The notes under the pieces: model-generated
Databases searched by the model: none
The model's input: only the letters and a program-made list of their open reading frames with translations
Told to the model about the DNA's origin: nothing
Shown: positions 32,898-43,981 of the stretch, piece by piece
Layout: the number at the start of each line of letters is the position of its first letter
How positions within the stretch are numbered: the first letter of the stretch is position 1
Translations under genes and position numbers: made by a program
From: Candidatus Dojkabacteria bacterium
GTDB lineage: Bacteria; Patescibacteriota; Dojkabacteria; J137
Length of the DNA stretch: 64,000 bases
Direction of reading: 5' to 3'
Assembly: GCA_030834985.1 (NCBI GenBank)
Contig: JAUQWV010000006.1
Span: 140,168 to 204,167 of the forward strand

Positions 32898-33473
32898 TTA
32901 ATTTCCTAAAGGTTGACAAGCAGCTTCTGCAGCTGCAGCATCAGTATTTTGAGTTTTATCTAAAAGCGCCTGATAGTAAAATTCGTAATTAGTGGTATCG
33001 CTACAAAATTGAAACATCTTTGGCCAGCTGAATATTGTTCCTACTCCTAACAACAAACCTACTACACTTAAAACTACTGGGAAAAACAAAGTTATTGCAG
33101 CACCCAGAAGTACTGATTGTACTTGTTTAAATGCCACTGCTAAGTTTTCCGCATTGCCTTGACTCTGCAAGCCTTTAACTCCAGCTTTAACAAGTAAAAA
33201 TACCCAGAATACAACTAAACCTATAGTAGCTAAAGCTCCTACAAAAGAAAGCCAGCTTAAAATACTCGCATTATTAGTATCAAAATCAATAAAGCTGGCG
33301 AATATTGGTATTCTAATTTCTCCTAATGCCAGTTCGTCATCAATATTACAATTTACACAAGAAGTAGTTGAATTAATAAGGCCACCAGGTCTATCTTGCG
33401 CAAGAACTGGAAGAACCATTAAGCTAACGCTTATAGCAAATGTAGTTATTGAGTAAATTAAATATTTCTTCAT
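32898..33473 (-). CDS. VirB2/TrbC-like pilin
   Basis: Signal peptide; 'GLQSQGNAENLAVAFKQVQSVLLG'. Confidence 0.75.
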   Translation of the reverse strand: MKKYLIYSITTFAISVSLMVLPVLAQDRPGGLINSTTSCVNCNIDDELALGEIRIPIFASFIDFDTNNASILSWLSFVGALATIGLVVFWVFLLVKAGVKGLQSQGNAENLAVAFKQVQSVLLGAAITLFFPVVLSVVGLLLGVGTIFSWPKMFQFCSDTTNYEFYYQALLDKTQNTDAAAAEAACQPLGN

Positions 33474-33474
33474 A

Positions 33475-34116
33475 TTATTTTATAGTTATAACTACTCCGC
33501 CTGTATCTCCTCCACTAATATCCAGGTTGCTTAATTGCCCAACACCTATTAGGTTGGCAATAACCTGTATTATTATTATAAAGCCCCAGCAAATAATTGC
33601 TCCAAGTACAAGATTTGTCAGCTCTTGATTAATTGCAGCAATCTCATCGGGAGTTGAAACCATCGTCCGCTTTACACCTGTTACATAGATTCCTCTAACA
33701 ATTGCATATAACGAAACAAATCCTAAGACAGTTGTAAATAATATATTTATAATAGTACCGATATTATCTGGATTCACCCTTATTGTAGTATTAAAAACTT
33801 CAAAGCTTCTAAATAGCTCTGGATTACCTTCTCCCGGCAATGTACCTGACTGTCTAGATCCGTCAGCATTGACGCATATATTAGGACAGCATCTTGTTCC
33901 AGGACTAGTAATTCTTTGAAGCTGGCAGTTCAAGTCTGCTGTGTATCCGCCAGATATTCCAGGCCTATAAGGCGCAGGGCAAGCATTAGGAATATAATAT
34001 GGAGCTTGGCAGTTTGCTCCACCGATTTCGTTCTCTGGATCGCCACCATTTGCGCTCACACTATCAAAGCTTAAGAAGCTTAAGATTAAAACTCCAAATA
34101 TTAATATTTTTTTCAT
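33475..34116 (-). CDS. VirB2/TrbC-like pilin with Cys-rich N-terminal domain
   Basis: Signal peptide; six Cys N-terminal to a TM-loop-TM core ('PDEIAAINQELTNLVLG'). Confidence 0.7.
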   Translation of the reverse strand: MKKILIFGVLILSFLSFDSVSANGGDPENEIGGANCQAPYYIPNACPAPYRPGISGGYTADLNCQLQRITSPGTRCCPNICVNADGSRQSGTLPGEGNPELFRSFEVFNTTIRVNPDNIGTIINILFTTVLGFVSLYAIVRGIYVTGVKRTMVSTPDEIAAINQELTNLVLGAIICWGFIIIIQVIANLIGVGQLSNLDISGGDTGGVVITIK

Positions 34117-34125
34117 TCTGATATA

Positions 34126-34506
34126 TTAATTCTGAATTAAGCCGCCCTGGATACCTAAAAGTCTTCCGGCAAAATCTACTATTGTTGGCGCAAAAACAGC
34201 AATTGCAAAACCTACAATCGCAGCTACTATTATTTGACTGCTTGATTTAACTTTATCCGGATTACCTTGCGAAGTTAATCTTATCCAACCTCCGTATAAA
34301 ACCATTGCTCCAAAAGCAATAATAAATACTGGTCTAATTAAAGTTGTTACAGCATTAATAATATCTTCAAGACTGCCATATCTAGTTGGGTTAGGAATTT
34401 GAAAATTTTGATTTACATTAGTTAGTCCGCCAGCAAGAACAGGTACTGAGAAAATTACTAATTGAGTTATTACAACCGCAAATGTTAAAAACTTTTTTTT
34501 ACTCAT
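34126..34506 (-). CDS. VirB2/TrbC-like pilin
   Basis: 'IPNP' motif; 'GGWIRLTSQGNPDKVKSSSQIIVAAIVG'. Confidence 0.85.
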   Translation of the reverse strand: MSKKKFLTFAVVITQLVIFSVPVLAGGLTNVNQNFQIPNPTRYGSLEDIINAVTTLIRPVFIIAFGAMVLYGGWIRLTSQGNPDKVKSSSQIIVAAIVGFAIAVFAPTIVDFAGRLLGIQGGLIQN

Positions 34507-34524
34507 AATTAAATATGTCTTAAA

Positions 34525-37104
34525 TTAATTTACAATATCTCTAACAGTTAGTCCATCAAATACAGCTTCCATACCACTTCTGAGCTTACCCTGAATTATT
34601 AAATCTGCTAACTTGTCTTCAATATTTTCTTGTATTATTCTTTTTAATTCTCGCGCACCGTATGTTGGGCTAAAACCACGTTCAGATAATTCAGATAAGG
34701 TTCTCTCATTCCATAAAAAACTTATTCCTCGCTGCATCAAGTTATCATTTATTTTCTTTAGCATTAATGTAACAATCTGCTCAATTTCTATTTTAGACAA
34801 AGGTTTGAACATTATCAACTTATCAAATCTGTTTAAGAATTCTATTCTAAAAGATTCCTGTAATTTACTACCTACTAATTTTTCAACTTCATGATATTTT
34901 TGCCCTTTTAAAATCTCATTTGCAATAAGATTAGAGCCGATATTTGATGTCATAATTATGATTGTGTTTGTAAAATCAATCTTTCGGCCCATTCCATCTT
35001 TTAAGGTGCCTTCATCTAGAACTTGCAAGAATAAATCCAGTACCTTTTTATTTGCCTTTTCAATTTCATCTAATAAGATTAAAGAGAATGGTCTTGTACG
35101 AACAGCCTCTGTTAAGTACCCGCCAATAAAGTTGCCTTTATCATCGGTATATCCGATTATCCTATTTAAATTCAGTTCCTCTTGATATTCCGACATATCA
35201 AGCCTGATCATTAAGTTCTCACTACCGTAATATATATCAGCTAATGTTCGGGCTACCTCTGTTTTTCCAACTCCGGTTGGTCCATAAAATAAGAAAGATG
35301 CAATCGGTTTTTTACCGGCAGACAGACCTGATCGTGATCTTTTTATTGCAGATGCTACAGCATCAATTGCTTCTTGCTGACCTACAACCCGTTCATGCAT
35401 TTGAATAGATAGATTCATCAAGGTCTGGCTTTCTGATTCAGACAAATTTCCAACTTTAACGCCAACTCTATCGGATAAAACTTCATCAACTGTAGCAACG
35501 TCTAAGAAAGCCAGACCTTGATTCTTTGCTGCAAGACAGGCTTCTTCCAAAAGATCAATACCCTTATCTGGCATTACTCTATCTTGGTCAAATTTAGGAG
35601 CAAATTCTACAATTCTTTTTAGAGCGTTTACTCTAACACTTGTCTTATATTTCTTTTCAATTCTTGGAACTTCATCGATCAAAATTTGAAGAGCAACATT
35701 AGAAGCTGGTTCCTTTAAATGTACTACATCAAAACTTGCTGCCAATGTTTTAATGGGCTTAACATATTTGGAATAATTTGCATTATTTGTTGTTGCAATA
35801 ATCTTTAAATTCAATGCATCGATTGCATTTGTAATTAAATTTACAACCTCTAGTTTTGAGTCTTCACGTATATTTAGTATTTGTGTAAATTCTTCTAAAA
35901 CCAGAATTATATTTCCGGAATATCTGACCTCTTCAAACATTTTCTGTAAAGTCTGTTTAAAGATATCAACTGAACCAACCTGAGTCAGCACTTTATTTAA
36001 ATCAACAACTAAAAGTCTATGATCGTATAAAGAATTCGGAATATCTTCTACAACCATTCTAGTAGCTAAATGTCTAATAAACCTAGTTTTGCCAACACCC
36101 GGATCTCCTAAAACCATACATGCAGTTGCACGTCCTCGCTCCATTGATTGTAAAAGTCTAGCCATTTCCTGTTCTTTACCTATTGTTAACATAAAATAGC
36201 CAGTCGCTGCTTCTTTAGTAAAATCTTCAGAATATTCATCAAGTACTGGAGTAACTCTAGAGGTATATGCTCTATTTACATCGCCCTTTGGTTTTAACTT
36301 CGATAACTTTTCCCATCTTTCGTAATATTCCTTTTGTTTAGTTTCATTTTTAAACCAAACTCTTAACCCTTCAAGTTCTAACTCTGAAACACCTAAATCA
36401 AAATATATTGGTTTTAAAAAATACTTATTAAGAACAAAAAATAGTATGAACTTATTAATGCTGTTTGACTCTATTTTTATTGCTTCATCAAATAAGTATA
36501 GAAAAAGTGTTTTATGAGCATCACTGAATTTATATGATTGACTATTTTCATTCTGTTTTAATAACTCAATAAATTTATCTACATTTACTCCTAGCCTATT
36601 TTTTAAAAAGTATTGAATCTCTTTATGTTCAATAAGCAAACGAGTAAGGTTTACAATAAATGGATAGTTGTTATCTACTAACGTCTTATCAATAATTACT
36701 AAAGTTTCAAAATCCATGAACTCATCTATATAAAGTTCTATCTGTTTTCCGCTTTCAATTTGTTTAACCTTTTTAAGTAGATCAAATTTTTTAATAGATG
36801 TATCGAATTTATCGCGGTTTCTGCGTAAAAATAATGCAATGATGAAAGTATAAATACCTAAAAATGGTAAGTAGGTTAACAAAGATGTTGGATTTAGGAA
36901 CATATCTAAACCAAGATTACCTTGTAATACTAATAATCCTACAGGTACTGCTATAAGAATAAGCGTAAAAAGATCAAGCAGCCTCGAAGCACTTTTTTCA
37001 GTTCTATATACCGATAGTCTATCGCCTCTAAAATAAGATAGAGAATGCAGATCAACTACAATTTTTGCATTTTTATACTTTGCTAAAACTACATTTCCTT
37101 TCAT
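34525..37104 (-). CDS. Membrane-anchored ClpA/B-family AAA+ ATPase
   Basis: Two N-terminal TM helices; GDPGVGKT and GPTGVGKT; RLDMSEYQ; LLDEIEKA; GARELKR. Confidence 0.88.
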   Translation of the reverse strand: MKGNVVLAKYKNAKIVVDLHSLSYFRGDRLSVYRTEKSASRLLDLFTLILIAVPVGLLVLQGNLGLDMFLNPTSLLTYLPFLGIYTFIIALFLRRNRDKFDTSIKKFDLLKKVKQIESGKQIELYIDEFMDFETLVIIDKTLVDNNYPFIVNLTRLLIEHKEIQYFLKNRLGVNVDKFIELLKQNENSQSYKFSDAHKTLFLYLFDEAIKIESNSINKFILFFVLNKYFLKPIYFDLGVSELELEGLRVWFKNETKQKEYYERWEKLSKLKPKGDVNRAYTSRVTPVLDEYSEDFTKEAATGYFMLTIGKEQEMARLLQSMERGRATACMVLGDPGVGKTRFIRHLATRMVVEDIPNSLYDHRLLVVDLNKVLTQVGSVDIFKQTLQKMFEEVRYSGNIILVLEEFTQILNIREDSKLEVVNLITNAIDALNLKIIATTNNANYSKYVKPIKTLAASFDVVHLKEPASNVALQILIDEVPRIEKKYKTSVRVNALKRIVEFAPKFDQDRVMPDKGIDLLEEACLAAKNQGLAFLDVATVDEVLSDRVGVKVGNLSESESQTLMNLSIQMHERVVGQQEAIDAVASAIKRSRSGLSAGKKPIASFLFYGPTGVGKTEVARTLADIYYGSENLMIRLDMSEYQEELNLNRIIGYTDDKGNFIGGYLTEAVRTRPFSLILLDEIEKANKKVLDLFLQVLDEGTLKDGMGRKIDFTNTIIIMTSNIGSNLIANEILKGQKYHEVEKLVGSKLQESFRIEFLNRFDKLIMFKPLSKIEIEQIVTLMLKKINDNLMQRGISFLWNERTLSELSERGFSPTYGARELKRIIQENIEDKLADLIIQGKLRSGMEAVFDGLTVRDIVN

Positions 37105-37427
37105 AAACTAAGTACTATATACCTTATTAACTGAATAATTGGTAAAAACGGTAATACTGCTAATGAAATTCCAAAAAGTAAGAATGGAATTGTAACAACC
37201 AAGCTTATACACGATCCCACTCCAATCCACATAAATCTAATAATAAAGCTTACAAATTTACCAATTCCTGAATTATCTTGAAATAATGGCTGTGAAATAT
37301 TCTTTGCCATCGGCAAAGTATTAGTCAAATTAAGGTTATAAACAAATCTACCTAATACGTAGTCTTCCCAAAAATCTTTAACTAGCGATAAATACCACCA
37401 GGAAAAAACAAAAAATAAATTCGCCAT
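37101..37427 (-). CDS. Small membrane protein coupled to the Clp ATPase
   Basis: 108 aa with 'WWY' and 'PLFQDNS' motifs; 4-nt overlap with the downstream gene. Confidence 0.75.
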   Translation of the reverse strand: MANLFFVFSWWYLSLVKDFWEDYVLGRFVYNLNLTNTLPMAKNISQPLFQDNSGIGKFVSFIIRFMWIGVGSCISLVVTIPFLLFGISLAVLPFLPIIQLIRYIVLSL

Positions 37428-37484
37428 AAAAATACTTACTTACTTTCAACAGTATATATTATTAGGGTTTTGAAATTAAGGGAT

Positions 37485-37515
37485 AAAAAAGCGCCGGCGT
37501 TAACGCCGGCGCTTT
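37485..37515 (-). terminator. groEL terminator
   Basis: AAAGCGCCGGCG-ttaa-CGCCGGCGCTTT with T-tract. Confidence 0.85.
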
Positions 37516-37537
37516 AAACACGATCTATTTATACCTA

Positions 37538-39187
<1,650 letters not shown>

Positions 39188-39190
39188 TTA

Positions 39191-39490
39191 TTAATTAATT
39201 ACTGCTAAAATATCTGATTCCTTCATAAGAAGGTAAGATTTTCCATCTAATTCGATGTCTTCTGGAGCATACTTTTTAAATAGTACTTCTTGGCCTACTT
39301 CAACATTAAAATCTATCAACTTACCGCTATCATCTCTTTTTCCTGTACCCAATGCAGCTATTTTACCACGCTGAGGTCTTTCACCTTTACCTGAACTTTG
39401 GATTAATAGTCCTGAAGCAGTCTTCTCTTCCTCTTCTAGAGGCTCTACTAAGATATATTCGCCTATCGGCTTTATATTGATCTTAGACAT
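39191..39490 (-). CDS. groS: Co-chaperonin GroES
   Basis: IKPIGEYILVE; KTASGLLI; ESDILAV. Confidence 0.97.
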   Translation of the reverse strand: MSKINIKPIGEYILVEPLEEEEKTASGLLIQSSGKGERPQRGKIAALGTGKRDDSGKLIDFNVEVGQEVLFKKYAPEDIELDGKSYLLMKESDILAVIN

Positions 39491-39527
39491 AAGTAAAACT
39501 TAAAAAATAATTTAATTTATAATACCG

Positions 39528-39554
39528 TTAGCACCTGACTAAAGATATTGCTAA
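39528..39554. promoter_or_regulatory. CIRCE-like operator upstream of groES
   Basis: TTAGCACCT-N9-TATTGCTAA directly downstream of a TTGACC-N18-TATTAT promoter on the minus strand. Confidence 0.7.
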
Positions 39555-39727
39555 TAATATCAGAGGTTGGTGAATATGGTCAATATTGGTATTCTTTTAT
39601 ACCCACTACATTCTTACTAAATTTTTCACTAATTTGTAGTATAGTACAAGGATAATTATTCTCCTTTCCTTTAATATTTCACTAACCTGTGCATAAGCCA
39701 GGTTTAGTAATACGGAGGTATTACACA

Positions 39728-39970
39728 ATGGCTGATCCTGGATTCTATACGTATGATAAAGACGGAAATGCCGTATCGTACCATACAGGAGAAGGGTCAA
39801 AGTGGGACGGGCCTGATGTGGAAGGCTTTCACAGCTACTCAGAGGGCGATCATCATCACAATACCGGATGGTGGGATGGAGGACATCATTCCTTCGACAG
39901 TGATAACGCCGGTAACACATATGATGCTCACACCACCGACCACTCTGACGGCAGCATTACGCAAAACTAG
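39728..39970 (+). CDS. 80-aa His/Asp/Gly-rich small protein
   Basis: GGAGGTA SD then ATG at 39728; MADPGFYTYDKDGNAVSYHTG...; visibly higher GC than the flanks. Confidence 0.7.
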   Translation: MADPGFYTYDKDGNAVSYHTGEGSKWDGPDVEGFHSYSEGDHHHNTGWWDGGHHSFDSDNAGNTYDAHTTDHSDGSITQN

Positions 39971-40041
39971 CAGTTAGCTAGTGAGAACAAGTGCTGGGGC
40001 ATATCATTGCTCCAGCACATACTTCCTTTTATAATATATTT

Positions 40042-40383
40042 ATGGAGAAAAAAAGAATCAAAGATATTGATGAGGCTATTAGCTATCTTCAAAAGATAGG
40101 TTATTACGAAAATAAAACAGAAGACAACGTTCGTAATATCTTTAAAGAGGCCATCCAAAACTTTTTAGACAAAAAGATAACAATTTCTTTCTTAGCAGCA
40201 TTATGTACTGAACTATTATATTTTAAAGATAATATAGGTTCTTTTACGGACACTAGATTGCGAAATACTTTGTTGGCAGGCGAAGAACTTTCTCATTTAA
40301 TAACTTTTAATATAGAAAATAAAGCAAAATATAGTTATCTAGTCGATAAAATTATGAACTTTCGTAATGGTAAAACTTTATAA
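40042..40383 (+). CDS. Hypothetical helical protein (~113 aa)
   Basis: ORF-track frame 39991..40383; more likely start is the ATG at 40042 (MEKKRIKDIDEAISYL). Confidence 0.6.
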   Translation: MEKKRIKDIDEAISYLQKIGYYENKTEDNVRNIFKEAIQNFLDKKITISFLAALCTELLYFKDNIGSFTDTRLRNTLLAGEELSHLITFNIENKAKYSYLVDKIMNFRNGKTL

Positions 40384-40402
40384 GACGGACATGAAGTCCA
40401 TA

Positions 40403-42598
40403 TTATCTAGTACGTATATTAATCCTTGAGATCTCAGCAGGAACTCTTCTTAAAGATTCAGGAACAAACCCTGGACTAAAATCAATTCTATATTCTTCAA
40501 TATAGTCGATTAATCTAAAGTAGTCGTTAGCCTGTGATACTGATAGACCAGAAATATCTTTTTTCATTTGGTCTTGAGTTATTTGTGTGGTTACTGATCC
40601 TTTTGACGAAACAGTAAGCCTGTACGATACGTTATCTTCACTGTCAGTCTCAATTTTCTCAACATTGTCGATCTGAGGCTCTTTAACTTCCGCAACTTCC
40701 AGTTCATTGTCGGTATCAGTTTCAGCGTTTTCTTTTAATACTGCTTTAATAGCTTCTGTTAAATCTTCTGTTTTTACTGCCAAGCCTTTAATTCCTAACT
40801 GGATCGTAAGATTAAAAGTATTATCTATTGCCTCTTCTCCTACTTTTGGCAAAGCTTCTGCTTCTTGGGATTCATCATAAATCACTGTTTGCTCTATAAG
40901 CATGTAACCCGCCTCCAGAGAATTTTTTAGTCTATCAAGCCCTTGTTTTTTAAGCTCTGGAAGCATTGTGTCTTTTAATGCTTTAAAGTTCTCCTCTGAT
41001 ACAGACACAAAATCCTCCGATGTCCCTCCTTCAAAAGATTGAAATGCGGTTGCACTCAATTCTTCCTCCTGGCTGTATCCTTCAATGCTAAATCTTGTTT
41101 TATCTGATACTACAATATTAAAATCAGAGCCAAATGTTTCAGCTTCTAAAGCAATATTATCCTTTGAAGATGGAGTTTTTATATTTGACGCAACTGTTGC
41201 AGGATCCAAGGTAACTGCCGAAACTAATAAGTAAACCTTGTTATTAGTTACGTTTGTAAACTTAGTCTTTGCAGGTAATGTAATACCCTGTGTTTCTAGA
41301 TTATAGATTGTAACAACACCCTTTGCCTTATTACCTCTTTTACCTGCTCCATCTGCAGTACCAGTTTTAGACATACTTAAGTTTTCAGATTTGATTTCAA
41401 ATTGTTTTGCTGGTAATTCAATAGGATCTTCAAAGCTTGCTTCCTCTACGGTTGTACCTATTAATACAGCTGCAGATGTACTTACATCCTGAGATCTGAT
41501 TTTTATATTTACATCAACCGAAGAAAACTGGAATGCAAGTAGATATCCTCCACTAGCAAATAAGAGTAAAAAGACAATAAAAGTAACTAAGAGGATCTTT
41601 CTTCTATTCTTTTTTTTTATAAAGTCGGTAGTTTCGTCTCTAAAATCAGAATTTCGTCTTTTCAGACTTAATTTGGATAATAAAGAAGTGAGCCCTCCTT
41701 TGGTTGAAACTTGCCTTGTAAAATCTTTTCCGGTAAAAGATGATGATCCTACTCTCTTTATCTTTCTATTTACATTAAAATCGTCTGCCATATCATTTAA
41801 AGGTTTAACATCTGCCATTTTATCATCTTCTTCACTATCAATGAAAGATTTAATGTCGCCGCCAGAAATTAGCTTAATACCCCCAAGGTCAACAACTTTA
41901 GCTTCACGTCTTGGTTTTTCATATTTTTTTAATGATGATTCTAGCTCTGCTTCTTCATCAGACTGAGCTTCCGTTTTTTCTAAAGGATTTACAAGTCCGC
42001 TTAATCCTACTAATGCCTTTTCTTCAGAAAGTTCTTCTGCTTCAGATTCTATTGATTCTTCAACTGCATCCTCATACTGCTCTTCAGCTTCTTCTTCCAT
42101 AGCTTCATCTTGCATTTCTTCATTAATTTCTTCAGCTTTTTGATCAAGCTCCTCCTCAGTTACTGAAAAGTCTTCATCTGGAGTTCCGGGAACTTCAGGT
42201 AATTCCTCTACTTCTTCTTTTACACTTTTATTATTACCAATATTTTCAAGTAAAGCTTGTTTACGTTTTTCTAAAACCTCAGTTACATCTAGCTTTTTAC
42301 TGTAAGAAAGATTCCATTGCTCACTTGTGATTTGGCTTACTTTATCAACCACAACAAAGCCGGCTTTAGCGGCAATTGTTTTTCCATATTCATCTTCTGT
42401 AACAATAACTGCTAACTTCTTAGTTTTCAAAAGCTTCCTGAATAAAATATCTATACTTACAATACTGCTCAGCAGCAAAGAGTTTTGAGGAACAACTAAA
42501 ATTATTCTATCTTTTTCTGCTTTTAAAAGACGTTCAACTACAAAGGTTATTTCATCCTTTGGGTCAACGAATACTTTTTCTGATGATGATATCGACAT
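40403..42598 (-). CDS. Bitopic protein with baseplate J/gp47-like extracytoplasmic region, coupled to the ftsA-like gene
   Basis: N-terminal 'VDPKDEITFVVERL...ILVVP' domain; acidic linker; TM; 'AKGVVTIYN...LPAKTKF...GSDFNI...FEGG' pattern. Confidence 0.65.
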   Translation of the reverse strand: MSISSSEKVFVDPKDEITFVVERLLKAEKDRIILVVPQNSLLLSSIVSIDILFRKLLKTKKLAVIVTEDEYGKTIAAKAGFVVVDKVSQITSEQWNLSYSKKLDVTEVLEKRKQALLENIGNNKSVKEEVEELPEVPGTPDEDFSVTEEELDQKAEEINEEMQDEAMEEEAEEQYEDAVEESIESEAEELSEEKALVGLSGLVNPLEKTEAQSDEEAELESSLKKYEKPRREAKVVDLGGIKLISGGDIKSFIDSEEDDKMADVKPLNDMADDFNVNRKIKRVGSSSFTGKDFTRQVSTKGGLTSLLSKLSLKRRNSDFRDETTDFIKKKNRRKILLVTFIVFLLLFASGGYLLAFQFSSVDVNIKIRSQDVSTSAAVLIGTTVEEASFEDPIELPAKQFEIKSENLSMSKTGTADGAGKRGNKAKGVVTIYNLETQGITLPAKTKFTNVTNNKVYLLVSAVTLDPATVASNIKTPSSKDNIALEAETFGSDFNIVVSDKTRFSIEGYSQEEELSATAFQSFEGGTSEDFVSVSEENFKALKDTMLPELKKQGLDRLKNSLEAGYMLIEQTVIYDESQEAEALPKVGEEAIDNTFNLTIQLGIKGLAVKTEDLTEAIKAVLKENAETDTDNELEVAEVKEPQIDNVEKIETDSEDNVSYRLTVSSKGSVTTQITQDQMKKDISGLSVSQANDYFRLIDYIEEYRIDFSPGFVPESLRRVPAEISRINIRTR

Positions 42599-42599
42599 A

Positions 42600-43820
42600 T
42601 TATTTTTCTAAATACATTCTTGCTAGCGCCAGTGGAGTAACATCCATCGGCAACGTAGCAGATTTAGTTTTATCTATTATATTACTTACGCTATTTGGGA
42701 ATATAAAATTTACTTTCGGAAACTTTTTAAAGTTTAATGTTTGCAACCAAGGGTAAGTTAAAAGCCCTTCCTGGATTTCCGGCAATAATGCTCCTCCACC
42801 GCAAAGGTATATTTGAGTAGGATATTCTTTGACATCTTGGAAGCTTTCTAAAGCTATTTCAACACCGGTCAACCAGGTTGAAATATCCATTTCAAAAGCT
42901 TTAGAAAGCTTCAAATCAACATCTTTGGCTGCTGCCCCATTAGAATAATCAATCTTTATTTTTTCAGCTTCTTCATAATCCACCCCTAACTCTTTTTGAA
43001 CTCTTTTTGTAAATACTTTTCCACCTACAGCAAACATTTTAGTACCTATAATATCGCCATTATTTACTAAAGCTACGTCTGTTGTGCCACCTCCTACATC
43101 AATAATTATTGCATTAGCATTTGGCTCTTTCATATTCTTCAAACCAACAGCTAGTGCATAAGGCTCAACTACAATTTTTGTTGATTTTAAATTAAGCGCA
43201 TTAGTTACCTGATGAATTGAATCCAAGTGAATCTTAGGTGCAAAAGTAGAAAACACTTTATACACGAGCTCAGCACCTGAATAGCCCACAGGATTGGTCA
43301 CCTTTACATTATCGATGTATACACTGTTTATTACAGTACTTACTTCTACAACCTGGCTTGCTTTAAGCCCCATCTCTCGTGAGATTTCATCAATCGTACT
43401 TGAAAAGGTGTATCTTTTAACTTTATCTACAAATTTTTCAATCTCTTTTTCTGTTATCTTGCTTCCCTGGTTATCTCGCTCTACATTCACCATAATCGTT
43501 ACACCGTGTACTAATTCTCCGGCAATTCCAATAATCACATCTGTAGGGATCTCAAAATTAGGACCTTCCTGTTCCATAGCTTGAGTTACTGCTTCTCCAA
43601 TACTTTTATCACAACTCTCTATTACAGATTGCAAATTGATAATAAAAGCAGCATACATAGAGGATTCTTTCTGCTTTATACGACTGTAGCCTAGAATAAC
43701 GACATCGCCATCTTCAACTTTAAAAACTGCAGACTTTATATATTCAGTTCCTATGTCTACTGATAGATGATAATTCGACTGTCTAGGCGCAGATTTTTTA
43801 TTCTTATTTAATCCAAACAT
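42600..43820 (-). CDS. FtsA-like actin-family ATPase
   Basis: SVDIGTEYIK; VVEPYA; IDVGGGTTDV; AEKIK; LCGGGA. Confidence 0.85.
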   Translation of the reverse strand: MFGLNKNKKSAPRQSNYHLSVDIGTEYIKSAVFKVEDGDVVILGYSRIKQKESSMYAAFIINLQSVIESCDKSIGEAVTQAMEQEGPNFEIPTDVIIGIAGELVHGVTIMVNVERDNQGSKITEKEIEKFVDKVKRYTFSSTIDEISREMGLKASQVVEVSTVINSVYIDNVKVTNPVGYSGAELVYKVFSTFAPKIHLDSIHQVTNALNLKSTKIVVEPYALAVGLKNMKEPNANAIIIDVGGGTTDVALVNNGDIIGTKMFAVGGKVFTKRVQKELGVDYEEAEKIKIDYSNGAAAKDVDLKLSKAFEMDISTWLTGVEIALESFQDVKEYPTQIYLCGGGALLPEIQEGLLTYPWLQTLNFKKFPKVNFIFPNSVSNIIDKTKSATLPMDVTPLALARMYLEK

Positions 43821-43981
43821 CCGTTAAGAAAATCTAATGATACTATACAATATACCAGAAATTCCTTTAATGTTGAAAGGTCCGTATCGGCTACATATTA
43901 TTATATAATTACTTATTACTGTTTACTTTCTTGGCTGCACAGTGATATAATTCCTATATATAAAATTTAATGATTTGCGGA

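Noticed and set aside
39606-39977. Alternative overlapping ORFs (39606-39920 minus; 39753-39977 plus)
   Set aside because: The frame starting at 39728 has the SD and a coherent composition; the others lack initiation signals.
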